From contig JBHHVJ010000005.1 of the NCBI GenBank assembly GCA_046754285.1, positions 26,330 to 90,329 on the forward strand: a DNA stretch of 64,000 nucleotides. Direction: 5' to 3'. The position numbers were made by a program, and so were the translations under genes. Below are positions 29,611 through 38,925 of the stretch, one piece after another. This DNA comes from Myxococcota bacterium (lineage in GTDB: Bacteria > Myxococcota_A > UBA9160 > SZUA-336). Numbering within the stretch: the stretch's first letter is position 1; each line of letters starts with the position of its first letter. The notes below the pieces were generated by a model. That model was not told the DNA's origin. It searched no databases and saw only the letters and a list, made by a program, of their open reading frames with translations.

Positions 29611-30923
29611 CGTCGGCTCTCCTGTGGTGACGCCGAAGGACGGCCCAGACGCGGGAAGCCCTGCTCGGGCAGCTCAAGCCCGAGCAGGCGGCGGCGGATC
29701 CAGTCCAGCGCCAGCTGGCTCGCGAGCCACTTGTTCCGGCTCCGCTCACGCATCAGTGAGTAACGGCGGGCCACGCTGCCCTGCGCATCCGCGAGCGCGA
29801 GCCAGAGCGTGCCCACGGGCTTGGCGGGCGTGCCCCCTCCGGGTCCGGCCACGCCCGTGGTGGCCACGGCCAGATCGGCGGCGGCGCGCTGACGGATCCC
29901 CTCGGCCATCTGTCGGGCCACGGCCTCCGACACCGCACCGTGCGCCTCCAACACGGCCGCCGTCACACCGAGCTCCCGCTGCTTGGCGGTGTTCGCATAG
30001 GCGACGACGGAGAGCCTCAGGAACTCGGAGCTCCCCGGAACGTCCGTGAGCCGGCTGGCGAGCAGCCCACCGGTGCAGGACTCCGCCAGAGCCAGCGTGT
30101 GGCCTCGGGCCCGCAGCTGCTCCGCGACGATCTCCTCGAGGGATCGCTCGCCCTCGCCCAGCACCAGATCACCCAGCCGCTCCTGGATCCGCCCCAGGAG
30201 GTCGCGAAGCTTGTGCTCGGCCTCCGCCTCCGTCGGCGCGCGGACCACCACCCGCACGAGGTTGTCGGGGAACTGGGTCCGGAAGCCGATCGTGACCGCC
30301 GGGTCGTCGAGGGCCAGATCCCCAAGCTCGCGGTCGAGGTTGGACTCTCCGAGGCCGAAGGTTCGGAGCAGCCCCGAGCGCACGACCCCCCCGTCGCCGA
30401 GCCGTGTCGCGAGGCGTGGAAGGATCTGCTCGTCCACCATTCGCTGCAGCTCGCGGGGAACCCCCGGCGTGAAGAAGAGCAGGGCCCCTTCCGCCTCGAG
30501 CATGAAGCCGGGGGCCGTACCGAGCGGATTGGGAAGGATCTCGGCCCCGTCCGGGAACTCCGCCTGCTTGGCGTTGTTCTCGCTCATCTCGCGCCCGAGC
30601 GAGCGGAAGAAGCCGCGGATGCGCTCGAGCTCCACCGGGTCCTGGACGAGCGTCCGACCGAAGGCCCGCGCCGCCACCGCGGTCGTGATGTCGTCCCGCG
30701 TCGGACCGAGGCCACCCGAGACCAGCACCACACGAGCCGAGCGTGCCGCGCTGCGCAGGACCTCGTGGATCGGCTCCGGCTCGTCCGCGACTGTCAGCTG
30801 ACGGCGGGTCTCCAGGTCCAGTCGAAGCAGACGCTCGGCGAGAAAGGCCTTGTTCGTGTCGACGATCTCCCCGCGCAACAGCTCGTCGCCGATCGTCACG
30901 ACCCAGGCACCGTCGCGGCTCAT
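29607..30923 (-). CDS. cinA: CinA (MoCF-biosynthesis-like domain plus nicotinamide-nucleotide amidohydrolase PncC domain)
   Basis: ATG at 30923 (MSRDGAWVVTIGDELLRGEIVDTNKAFLA...GGLGPTRDDIT...). C-terminal ESCTGGLLA and GVAGPGGG motifs. Confidence 0.88.
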   Translation of the reverse strand: MSRDGAWVVTIGDELLRGEIVDTNKAFLAERLLRLDLETRRQLTVADEPEPIHEVLRSAARSARVVLVSGGLGPTRDDITTAVAARAFGRTLVQDPVELERIRGFFRSLGREMSENNAKQAEFPDGAEILPNPLGTAPGFMLEAEGALLFFTPGVPRELQRMVDEQILPRLATRLGDGGVVRSGLLRTFGLGESNLDRELGDLALDDPAVTIGFRTQFPDNLVRVVVRAPTEAEAEHKLRDLLGRIQERLGDLVLGEGERSLEEIVAEQLRARGHTLALAESCTGGLLASRLTDVPGSSEFLRLSVVAYANTAKQRELGVTAAVLEAHGAVSEAVARQMAEGIRQRAAADLAVATTGVAGPGGGTPAKPVGTLWLALADAQGSVARRYSLMRERSRNKWLASQLALDWIRRRLLGLELPEQGFPRLGRPSASPQESRR

Positions 30924-31384
30924 CCGAGGCCCTCCGGCAGCGCGAGACGCCAGAGGAGCTGCCCGAGCCCGTTGGCCATCAGCCCGGCCACGAGATCGTC
31001 GGCCATCACGCCGAGTCCCCCGCGCAGGGACTCCGCCGCGCGCACGGGCCAGGGCTTCCAGATGTCGAAGAGGCGGAAGAGCGCGAAGCCCACCAGCCCC
31101 ACGTCGAGGCGCGCGGGAAGCAGCGCCAAGGCCAGGAGCATGCCCGCGACCTCGTCGATCGTGATGCGCGCATCGTCCGGCTGGCCGAGCAGCACCTCGG
31201 CCCGGCCCGCCGCCCAGACGCCCAGGCCGGACAGGGCGGCGACGGCCAGCAGATACGCCGCAGGCGAGAGGCGGGTCAGCGGCAGCCAGAGCAGCAAGCC
31301 CACCAGAGCGCCGGCGGTGCCGGGCGCAAACGGGGCGTAGCCGGAGCCCCCTCCGGTGGCGACGAGGAGAACGTGTTTTCTCAT
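30920..31384 (-). CDS. pgpA: phosphatidylglycerophosphatase A
   Basis: GSGYAPFAPGTAGALVG...TIDEVAGM...FRLFDIWKPWP...GGLGVMADDLVAG. Confidence 0.85.
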   Translation of the reverse strand: MRKHVLLVATGGGSGYAPFAPGTAGALVGLLLWLPLTRLSPAAYLLAVAALSGLGVWAAGRAEVLLGQPDDARITIDEVAGMLLALALLPARLDVGLVGFALFRLFDIWKPWPVRAAESLRGGLGVMADDLVAGLMANGLGQLLWRLALPEGLG

Positions 31385-31554
31385 TAGATTTCAAGCACTT
31401 CCGCTTGTAGATCGCATCCTAGAGCCGCACCGCTGGGGGTGTCAAGGAGGCGAAAGCATATCGAAAGACGACAGCAGCGCCAGGCGCGCGAGGCGCCTCC
31501 TCAAGCCCGCTCGGATCGCCGCCGATTCTCGTCTCGAGGAGAGCCTGCACGCTC

Positions 31555-33171
31555 GTGGATGGGAATCGCATGCGGGAGACATCCCTGGGGCCCGACGACG
31601 TCGCGCCCCTCTTGACGGAGCTCGGACGCGCCCTGCGCGCGCGCCGCTTCTATCCGCCAACCCACCCCGCGCTCCGTGAGGCCCTGGAGCGCTCCACCGC
31701 GATCTGGCGGCAGGGGATGCAGCAGGGTCAGGAGCTCCACCTCGAGCTTCGCAATGGCTCGTTCGTGCTCCCCTGCGGAACGCCTGTGCGGGGCAGCGGG
31801 ATCGACGAGGTGGCTGCGGAGCTGCGCGTGCGGGGCATCCGGCGCCTGCGCGTTCATCGCGACCTCGAGCCGGAAGAGCTCCTGGCCCTGATCGACGCGC
31901 TGGCCATGAGCGTCGAGGAGCTGGCGGAGGCCGGTGGGCTGGAGCAGCTCCTGACCCGCGCCGGGGCCCGACACATCACCACGTCGGAGATGGATTTTGC
32001 CGAGCACCTCCGGCACGTTCGCGAGCCCGCGCCCGCTGCCGCGCCCGAAGGACTGGCGTTCGGGGCTGCACACGAGTTCATCGAGGACGTCGTCCGCGCG
32101 GCCGCCGCGGACGAGGACGCGGACGCGGCGGAGCCGCACCGGGCCGACCTGATCGGCGAGCTGACCGCCATGCTCAAGGAGCTCGAAGGCTGCGAGGAGC
32201 CCGGGGACTACTACCGCATCTGCAATCGAATCGATGAGCAGGTCAGCCGCATGGTGCTCGCCAAGCACGTGCTCGACGCCTACCGCGCGGTGCGCGTCTT
32301 CTGCCGCCACGCGGGAGAGGGCAGCGGCCGTCCCGCAGAGATCCGACGCGAAGCCCAGTCCCGGCTGCGCACCCTGCTCGGAGATCGCGCCATGCTGAAC
32401 CTCGTGACGGGTCTGGCGTGCAGCGGCGAAGGGCTCTCGAGCGTCCAGGCTACTCAGGTGCTGATCACCCTCGGGGCCGCTGCGGTCCCGCGCCTGCTGG
32501 AGCTCAGCGAGCACGGCACGGCCGTCGAGCAGAGTCAGGTGACGGCCATCCTGATCGCGATGGGGGACAGCGCGCTCCCGGCCATCATGGAGGAGCTCGA
32601 GTCTCCGATCCCGGATCGCGTCCGGCGGACGATCCGGCTGCTCGGCCGCACCCAGAACCCGCGTGGTGTGGACTGTCTGCTCGATCGGCTGCTCGACGAC
32701 GATCCGGAGATGCAGCGCGAGGTGGCCCGCGCTCTCGCGCGCATCGGAACCGGTCGGGCCGTCAAGGGACTCGTCGAGGCCGCCCGACGCTGCCCGGATC
32801 TGGCGGAGCTGGTCGCCAGCTCGCTGGGGGACACACGCAGCCCGGCGGCTCTGCAAGCCCTGATCGGCATGCTGGATCGCCGTGCGCGCTATCCAACAGC
32901 CGTCAAGCGCGCGGCGATCCGCAGCCTCGGTCGGATGCGCAGCCCGCACGCGCTCGCCGTCCTTCGCCAGGTTCTGGAGCGTCGCTCGCTGCTCTTCTTC
33001 CGGGCCCGGAAGAATCGCGAGCTCCGTGTCGCGGCGGCCCAGGCGATCGGAAAGATTGGAGGCGACGAGGCCACCCTCGTCCTGAGCGCGCACGCTCGCA
33101 GCGGCGACCCCGAGGTCGCGCGGGTCTGCCGCGAATCGCTCGAGCGTCTGGCCAGCAGCACAGCCCGATGA
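31555..33171 (+). CDS. HEAT-repeat protein with N-terminal domain paralogous to the N terminus of the downstream HD-GYP protein
   Basis: The C-terminal half has repeated (D/N)PxVRxxAxxALGxxG-type HEAT/PBS-lyase repeats. The N-terminal ~130 aa aligns by eye with the start of the 33168 ORF. GTG 31555 or ATG 31570 start. Confidence 0.65.
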   Translation: MDGNRMRETSLGPDDVAPLLTELGRALRARRFYPPTHPALREALERSTAIWRQGMQQGQELHLELRNGSFVLPCGTPVRGSGIDEVAAELRVRGIRRLRVHRDLEPEELLALIDALAMSVEELAEAGGLEQLLTRAGARHITTSEMDFAEHLRHVREPAPAAAPEGLAFGAAHEFIEDVVRAAAADEDADAAEPHRADLIGELTAMLKELEGCEEPGDYYRICNRIDEQVSRMVLAKHVLDAYRAVRVFCRHAGEGSGRPAEIRREAQSRLRTLLGDRAMLNLVTGLACSGEGLSSVQATQVLITLGAAAVPRLLELSEHGTAVEQSQVTAILIAMGDSALPAIMEELESPIPDRVRRTIRLLGRTQNPRGVDCLLDRLLDDDPEMQREVARALARIGTGRAVKGLVEAARRCPDLAELVASSLGDTRSPAALQALIGMLDRRARYPTAVKRAAIRSLGRMRSPHALAVLRQVLERRSLLFFRARKNRELRVAAAQAIGKIGGDEATLVLSAHARSGDPEVARVCRESLERLASSTAR

Positions 33172-34523
33172 GCCGCAAGCTGCTGCAGACTTGCTTGAAG
33201 CACGTGCAGAGCGCCCTCAAGGCGGCGACGCTCTACCCCTCCGGTCATCCCGGCATCGAGGGTCCGCTGCGCGACTTCGTGCGCGGCATCGGCAAGCTTC
33301 TCGAAGCCGGTCATGCGGTCGTCCTCGGAATCGTCGACGACGTGCTGGTCTTCGATGAGATCCCGTTCTACGAGACCGAGGGTACGTGGCGGCCGCTCTA
33401 TCGAGCCCTGCGCAACCGGAAGCTGGAGTCGATCACGTTCATGGAGGGCTTCACGAGCGAGGAAATGGTGGGGATCCTCGAGATCCTGCGTGGACCTCGC
33501 GACGGCGACCCGGACGATCTCGCGGCCGCCTGGAAGGCGCGCGGAATCGTGCACGCCAGCTTTCGCGAGCTGATCGAGGCCGAAGACATCCGCGCCCGCG
33601 CGCACCAGACCTACCACGAGTCGCTCGGCGTCGTCGTGGAGCTCTTCAGCGAGATCCGCATGGGCAAGGTGCCATCGGGACCGGCGGCGGTGCGCGTCAT
33701 CGATGGAATGCAGGACATCGTCCTTCAGGACCGAAACGCTCTGCTCGGTATGGCGATGATGAAGTCCTACGACGCCTACACCTTCAACCACTCCGTGAAC
33801 ACGTCGATCTTCTGCCTCTCGCTGGGCGCCCATCTGGAGCTCCCACCGGAAGAGTTCCGCGCGCTCGGGCTGGCCGGGCTGCTGCACGACATGGGCAAGG
33901 TGCGCACCGACGAGGCGATCATCAAGAAGCCCGGCGCGCTCGATGAGCAGGAGATGCGTTTGATGCGGCTGCACCCCGAGCTCGGCGTCGAAATCCTCCA
34001 GAGCATGAAGGACATGCGCGACGACGCCATGACCATGGTCCTGCAGCACCACGTCCGTTTCGATCGACAGGGCTATCCGCGACTCCCGGTCGGCACCGAG
34101 ATCCATCCGCTCTCGGAAGCCATCGGCCTCGCGGACTGCTACGACGCCCTCACGACGACGCGGCCCTACCAACGAGCCCGCCATCCAGGCGAGGCCATGC
34201 GCATCATCCGAAGGGGAGCCGGATCCGCCTATGCGCCCGAGCTCGTCGAGAAGTTCCTGGCGATGCTCGGGACCTATCCCATCGGGGAGCTGGTGCGGCT
34301 GGCGACCGGAGAGCTCGCAGTCGTCGTGGCCACCAACCCGCGCGACGCCACGGCGCCGGTCGTGCGGCTCGTGATGGACCGAGACGGCCTGCTGCTCCCG
34401 CGCAGCCGACGCGTCGAGCTGGCCGACCCCGCAGAGGCCGCTCGACAAATCGTGGCGCGTGTCGATCCCACCGCCCGCGCCATCGACATCGCCGGGGTTC
34501 TCGAGGAGGAGTCGGAGGCCTGA
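33168..34523 (+). CDS. HD-GYP domain cyclic-di-GMP phosphodiesterase-type protein
   Basis: ATGA overlap with the upstream stop. HD motif LLHDMGKV and HHVRFDRQGYP (HD-GYP signature). Confidence 0.85.
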   Translation: MSRKLLQTCLKHVQSALKAATLYPSGHPGIEGPLRDFVRGIGKLLEAGHAVVLGIVDDVLVFDEIPFYETEGTWRPLYRALRNRKLESITFMEGFTSEEMVGILEILRGPRDGDPDDLAAAWKARGIVHASFRELIEAEDIRARAHQTYHESLGVVVELFSEIRMGKVPSGPAAVRVIDGMQDIVLQDRNALLGMAMMKSYDAYTFNHSVNTSIFCLSLGAHLELPPEEFRALGLAGLLHDMGKVRTDEAIIKKPGALDEQEMRLMRLHPELGVEILQSMKDMRDDAMTMVLQHHVRFDRQGYPRLPVGTEIHPLSEAIGLADCYDALTTTRPYQRARHPGEAMRIIRRGAGSAYAPELVEKFLAMLGTYPIGELVRLATGELAVVVATNPRDATAPVVRLVMDRDGLLLPRSRRVELADPAEAARQIVARVDPTARAIDIAGVLEEESEA

Positions 34524-34644
34524 CGGGGCCGCCGCGAGTGACTTCGGCTCGTGCGGAAGGCCGAGCGGCTGGAGACTCCCTCGCCGTGCACACCAGCGAG
34601 GTCGGCGCACCGAGAACGGCCCGGAGGGGAGCTCGGGTCGTCGG

Positions 34645-35250
34645 CTAGGCGCCGGGCGGCGGGCTGGGGAGCGGCGCCGGGTCCGTGGAGCAGGACTCCG
34701 CAAGCGCACGGAGGGCGGCCGCACGGATCGGAGGATCGAGGTGGTCGGTGAAGACCGCAACGCGATCGGCGTTTGCGCCACCGATCTCCGCGAGTGCCCG
34801 GAGCGCTTCGCGAACCACGGCTCCGTCCTCGTCGTCGAGCGTCGTCTCCAGGAACGGGACAACGCGCCGATCCCCGTGCTTTCCCAGGGCGACGATCGCG
34901 GTCCGACGGACGAGCGGCTCCGGATCCTCGAGCCGTTCGATCAGCGGCTCGAGCATGCGCACATCGGGAAGCTCCGCGAGCGTGCGGGCAGCCGCCGCGC
35001 GGACGTCCACAATCGGATCTGCGAGGGCGCGGCGCAGGGCTTCACGTGCCCGCGCATGGCGCAGTCGACCCAGCCCGTAGACGGCCTGTACGCGCTCGCG
35101 CAGATCCTCACCCACGAGACGCGCTAGCAACCGGTCGAGGCTCCTCTCCTCCTCGAAGCGATCGAGCGCCAGCGCCGCCGCCTTCCGCACGCCGGCGTCG
35201 GGATCCTCCAGAGCCCCACGCAGAAGCTCTCTCAGCCTGGCGTCCTCCAT
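34645..35250 (-). CDS. HEAT-repeat protein
   Basis: Repeated DPxxxVRxAAxxAL motifs throughout the 201 aa. Confidence 0.65.
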   Translation of the reverse strand: MEDARLRELLRGALEDPDAGVRKAAALALDRFEEERSLDRLLARLVGEDLRERVQAVYGLGRLRHARAREALRRALADPIVDVRAAAARTLAELPDVRMLEPLIERLEDPEPLVRRTAIVALGKHGDRRVVPFLETTLDDEDGAVVREALRALAEIGGANADRVAVFTDHLDPPIRAAALRALAESCSTDPAPLPSPPPGA

Positions 35251-35326
35251 CGCTTCTTCCTATCGGCGGCTCTTCCGCGGACCTGACCCCTGACCCCGCC
35301 CAAAGCAGGCTGCTAATGTCCCGCCG

Positions 35327-35746
35327 ATGCGTACGATGGCTCTGGATTACGGGAGACGCCGCATCGGGGTCGCCGTGACGGATCCGCTCGGAATTCTGGC
35401 CCAGCCGCTGGAGACGATCGAGCACGGCCGCCCGGGAGCGGTGCCGGCGCTCGAGCGCATCGCCGCGCTGGTGCGGGAGTACGAGGTCGGCCGCATCGTG
35501 CTCGGCCTGCCCCTGCACATGAACGGACAGGCCGGCGTGGAGACCGAAGAGGTGCGCCGCTTCGGTCGGAGCTTGGAGCAGCACACCGCTCTCCCGGTCG
35601 CCTACTTCGACGAGCGCTGGACGACGATCGAGGCTCAGCGCAGCCTTCAGGAAGCGGGGCTGAGGGCGGAGCAGCAACGCGGCCCGGCCGACCGCGTGGC
35701 GGCAGCTCTGCTGCTCCGCGCCTACCTGGAGTGCGCGGCCCGATGA
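35327..35746 (+). CDS. ruvX: Holliday junction resolvase-like RuvX/YqgF
   Basis: MALDYGRRRIGVAVTD...LGLPLHMNGQAG...DERWTT. Confidence 0.88.
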   Translation: MRTMALDYGRRRIGVAVTDPLGILAQPLETIEHGRPGAVPALERIAALVREYEVGRIVLGLPLHMNGQAGVETEEVRRFGRSLEQHTALPVAYFDERWTTIEAQRSLQEAGLRAEQQRGPADRVAAALLLRAYLECAAR

Positions 35747-36783
35747 GGCGTGGGCTCTGGATCGGCGGCGCCGCGGCCATGCTCGCCGCGCTCGCGGCTG
35801 TGAGCCTCGCGGTGCGGGGGCTGTGGCTTCCCGCAGGAGCGGGACGGGCACCCCAGCTCTTCCAGGTCCGGGAGGGCGACACGCTCGCCACGGTGGCCCA
35901 ACGGCTCGCGGAGCAGGGACTGCTGCCGCGGAGTGCCTTCTTCGGGCCCAACGTGCTGGTCGTCTACGGGCGGCTCGCGGGTCTGGAGCGCGGGATCAAG
36001 AGCGGCGAATACGACGTGGATCCCGGTGAGACACCCGTCGCGATCCTCCGGAAGCTGGTGCGCGGATCGGTCAAGACGCATGCGGTGACGCTTCCGGAGG
36101 GGCTGCGTACGGACGAGGTCGCGCATCGCCTCGAATCGGCCGGCATCGTCGAGGCACAGCGCTTCCTCGAGCTGTCCCGCGACCCCGAACTGACCCGATC
36201 GCTCGGAATCGAGGCGAGCTCGCTCGAGGGGTACCTCTACCCGGAGACCTATCGCTTCCGCCGCAACACGCCCGCGCGCGATGTGCTGCGCCAGATGGTC
36301 GAGGAATTCCGCTCGCGCTGGACCCCCGCGGACCGAGCCATTCTCGCGCGCAGCGGCCTCAGCCTGCACGAAGCCGTCACGCTCGCCTCGATCGTCGAGA
36401 AGGAGAGCGCCGTCGACGAGGAACGCCGCCTCATCGCCGCCGTCTTCCGCAACCGGCTTGCGCGGAGGATGCGCCTGCAGTCGGACCCCACGGTCATCTA
36501 CGGTCTCCTGCTCACGCGCGGTACGTTCGACGGAAACCTCCGGCGGCGCGATCTCCGCACGGATACACCCTACAACACCTACACGCGCTCCGGCCTACCA
36601 CCCGGGCCGATCGCCAACCCGACCATGGAGTCGATCCGAGCCGTGCTTGAGCCGGAGGACGTGCCGTACCTCTACTTCGTGTCGCGCAACGACGGCACAC
36701 ACGAGTTCTCCCGAACGCTCCGCGAGCACAATCGCGCGGTGGAGCGCTACCAGAAAAGACCGCGAAGCGAAGCCCCGTCGTGA
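35743..36783 (+). CDS. mltG: endolytic peptidoglycan transglycosylase MltG (YceG)
   Basis: ATGA overlap with the ruvX stop. N-terminal TM segment, LEGYLYPETYRF, ASIVEKE and YNTYTRSGLPPGPIANP. Confidence 0.88.
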   Translation: MRRGLWIGGAAAMLAALAAVSLAVRGLWLPAGAGRAPQLFQVREGDTLATVAQRLAEQGLLPRSAFFGPNVLVVYGRLAGLERGIKSGEYDVDPGETPVAILRKLVRGSVKTHAVTLPEGLRTDEVAHRLESAGIVEAQRFLELSRDPELTRSLGIEASSLEGYLYPETYRFRRNTPARDVLRQMVEEFRSRWTPADRAILARSGLSLHEAVTLASIVEKESAVDEERRLIAAVFRNRLARRMRLQSDPTVIYGLLLTRGTFDGNLRRRDLRTDTPYNTYTRSGLPPGPIANPTMESIRAVLEPEDVPYLYFVSRNDGTHEFSRTLREHNRAVERYQKRPRSEAPS

Positions 36784-36814
36784 CCCTCTGCGGATCCCGG
36801 CCCAGGAGCCCTCG

Positions 36815-37402
36815 ATGACACCCGAGCTCTTCTTTTTGGAACACCTTCCCCGCGCCTGGAACGCGAGGCTCAGCACGCTGTCCGACGAGCGCAGAGCCAC
36901 GCTGCGCGATCTCAGCTTCGAGCTCGAGATCGAGCTGAGCAGCGGCGCCGGCCAGAACTTCCACCTGCGCGTCCGCGACGGCGAGATGCAGCCGGTGGAA
37001 CAGAGGGCCGCCCACCCTCTGGTCACGCTCGTGCTCGACGTCGACGCGTTCGAGGAGCTTCTCGGGCAGCTCGGCAAGCCCGCCCTCGCACGGCTCGCCG
37101 AGCTGGGCGGGGGCTCCACGCCGGGCCTGAGCGCCGCCTCCGTGGCGGCCCTGCGCGAGCTGCGTGGCAGCATCCGCCTCGACGTCAGCGGAGCGCGTCC
37201 CTGGAGCATCCGCCTGCACTGTGGTCCGGGGCCGATCCCCGATCCGCCCGACACCACGCTGCAGCTCTCCTCCGAGACCTGGGAGGAGCTGATCAGCGGC
37301 CAGCTCGAGCCGCAGGCCGCGCTCCTCACCGGCCAGCTCGCTCTCGAGGGGAAGCTCGACCTCCCGCTGCGGCTGGCACTCGCCCTGGTGCGCGGGGACT
37401 GA
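36815..37402 (+). CDS. SCP2 sterol-binding-domain-like protein
   Basis: ATG at 36815. The C-terminal ETWEELISGQLEPQAALLTGQLALEGKLDLPLRL is typical of SCP2 domains. Confidence 0.6.
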   Translation: MTPELFFLEHLPRAWNARLSTLSDERRATLRDLSFELEIELSSGAGQNFHLRVRDGEMQPVEQRAAHPLVTLVLDVDAFEELLGQLGKPALARLAELGGGSTPGLSAASVAALRELRGSIRLDVSGARPWSIRLHCGPGPIPDPPDTTLQLSSETWEELISGQLEPQAALLTGQLALEGKLDLPLRLALALVRGD

Positions 37403-37455
37403 GGCGCGAGTTCCGCACTCGGCCGCGCCCGCCGACGGAGAGGCGCGGGGAGCCG

Positions 37456-37484
37456 CTGAGCACCGGCGAGGCGCCGGTGCTCAG
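37456..37484. terminator. perfect 13-bp stem / 3-nt loop hairpin between convergent SCP2-like gene and mreB
   Basis: CTGAGCACCGGCG-AGG-CGCCGGTGCTCAG. The right arm covers the mreB stop codon. No U-tract. Confidence 0.5.
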
Positions 37485-38518
37485 TCGGGCATCGAGACCT
37501 CGCGCAGCAGGTCGAGGGAGTCGAGAGCCTTGCCGGCCCCGGTGGCGACGGCGGTGAAGGGATCCTCGCTCCTCACGATCGGGAGCTTGGTCTCGGCGCG
37601 CAGGAGCTGGTCGAAGTCGCGGAGCATGGCGCCACCGCCGACCAGGACGATGCCGCGATCCACGATGTCGGCCGCGAGCTCGGGCGGGGTTCGCTCGAGC
37701 GTCTGGAGCACGGTGTCGATGATCTGATGGATGGGCTCGGCGAGCGCCTCCCGAACCTCATCGCTGGTCATCACAATCATCTTGGGCACGCCGGCGACCA
37801 GATCCCGTCCCTTGATCTCCATCGTCTTCGTATTGCCCTTCCCGAGCACCGTACCGATGGTGATTTTGATGATCTCAGAAGTTCGTTCACCGATTAGAAG
37901 GTTCTGCTTGCGCTTCACATAGTTGATGATCGCGTCGTCGAGCTTGTCGCCTCCCACGCGTACGGAGCTGGAGGTGACGATCTGAGCCAGCGAGATCACC
38001 GCGACGTCCGTCGTGCCGCCCCCTATGTCGATCACCATGTTGCCGCGCGGCTCGATGACGTTCAGGCCCGCTCCGAGCGCGGCGGCCATGGGCTCCTCGA
38101 TCAGGTGAACCTCGCGGGCCCCGGCCGAGATCGCCGACTCACGAACGGCACGCTTCTCCACCGAGGTGATGCAGGGCGGCACGCAGATGACGATGCGTGG
38201 GCGGACGAGCCGCGTGCGGTTGTGGGCCTTCTGGATGAAGTAGCGCAGCATCGCCTCGGTGACCTCGAAGTCCGCGATGACGCCATCCTTGATCGGACGA
38301 ATCGCCCGGATGCTGCCCGGCGTACGACCGACCATCTGCTTCGCTTCGGTGCCCACGGCGAGCACACGACGCGTGCCGTTGGCGCAGTCCGCCAGCGCGA
38401 CGACCGAGGGTTCGCTGCAGATGATTCCGCGACCCCGCGCGTAGACGAGGGTGTTCGCCGTACCGAGATCGATCGCGAGGTCGTTCGAGAGCAGCCCCGC
38501 CAACCAGCTGAATACCAT
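37481..38518 (-). CDS. mreB: rod shape-determining protein MreB
   Basis: DLAIDLGTANTLVY, VICVPPCIT, IDIGGGTTDVAV and GGGAMLRDFD. Confidence 0.96.
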   Translation of the reverse strand: MVFSWLAGLLSNDLAIDLGTANTLVYARGRGIICSEPSVVALADCANGTRRVLAVGTEAKQMVGRTPGSIRAIRPIKDGVIADFEVTEAMLRYFIQKAHNRTRLVRPRIVICVPPCITSVEKRAVRESAISAGAREVHLIEEPMAAALGAGLNVIEPRGNMVIDIGGGTTDVAVISLAQIVTSSSVRVGGDKLDDAIINYVKRKQNLLIGERTSEIIKITIGTVLGKGNTKTMEIKGRDLVAGVPKMIVMTSDEVREALAEPIHQIIDTVLQTLERTPPELAADIVDRGIVLVGGGAMLRDFDQLLRAETKLPIVRSEDPFTAVATGAGKALDSLDLLREVSMPD

Positions 38519-38596
38519 CGCAAGAGCTCCGCCATGGGGGAGGGGGACCCCTCTTCCATCGGCAGAAGCGCGGGAAACCTGAGCCGAGCTGACGTC

Positions 38597-38821
38597 TCAG
38601 GGGCTCTCGGGGAGCGGCTCGTCGAGCAGGGCGCCGAGATCGCGGACGCGGTCACGCACCGCCTCCAGTCGGCCCTGCTGGGCACGAATCAGCAGCTCGC
38701 GCTGCGCGAGACGTTCCTCGAGCGCACGCGTCTCCGCCTCCAGCGCCCGCACACGAGCGCCCAGCTCCAGGCGCGCCCAGACGAGCAACGCCAGGCTGAT
38801 CGCGAGGGCCAGGCCCAGCAT
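38597..38821 (-). CDS. hypothetical small membrane-anchored coiled-coil protein (74 aa)
   Basis: MLGLALAISLALLVWA hydrophobic anchor followed by a heptad-like RALEAETRALEERLAQRELLIRAQQGRLEAV. The longer 38597-39304 ORF overlaps pafA and is rejected upstream of 38821. Confidence 0.35.
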   Translation of the reverse strand: MLGLALAISLALLVWARLELGARVRALEAETRALEERLAQRELLIRAQQGRLEAVRDRVRDLGALLDEPLPESP

Positions 38822-38925
38822 CCAGGATACACGCGGGGCTCGGCGAGGCCGCGGCGAAGGTTCCGCGGGTGGCCGATCCTCCGCGCGCTCGCTGGAGATC
38901 CTTCTCAGTCTCCGGACCGACAAGC

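Noticed and set aside
32889-34862. 657-aa ORF on the minus strand
   Set aside because: It is antisense to the HD-GYP gene and the end of the HEAT gene. It has no recognisable motifs, whereas the plus-strand products carry clear HD and GYP signatures.
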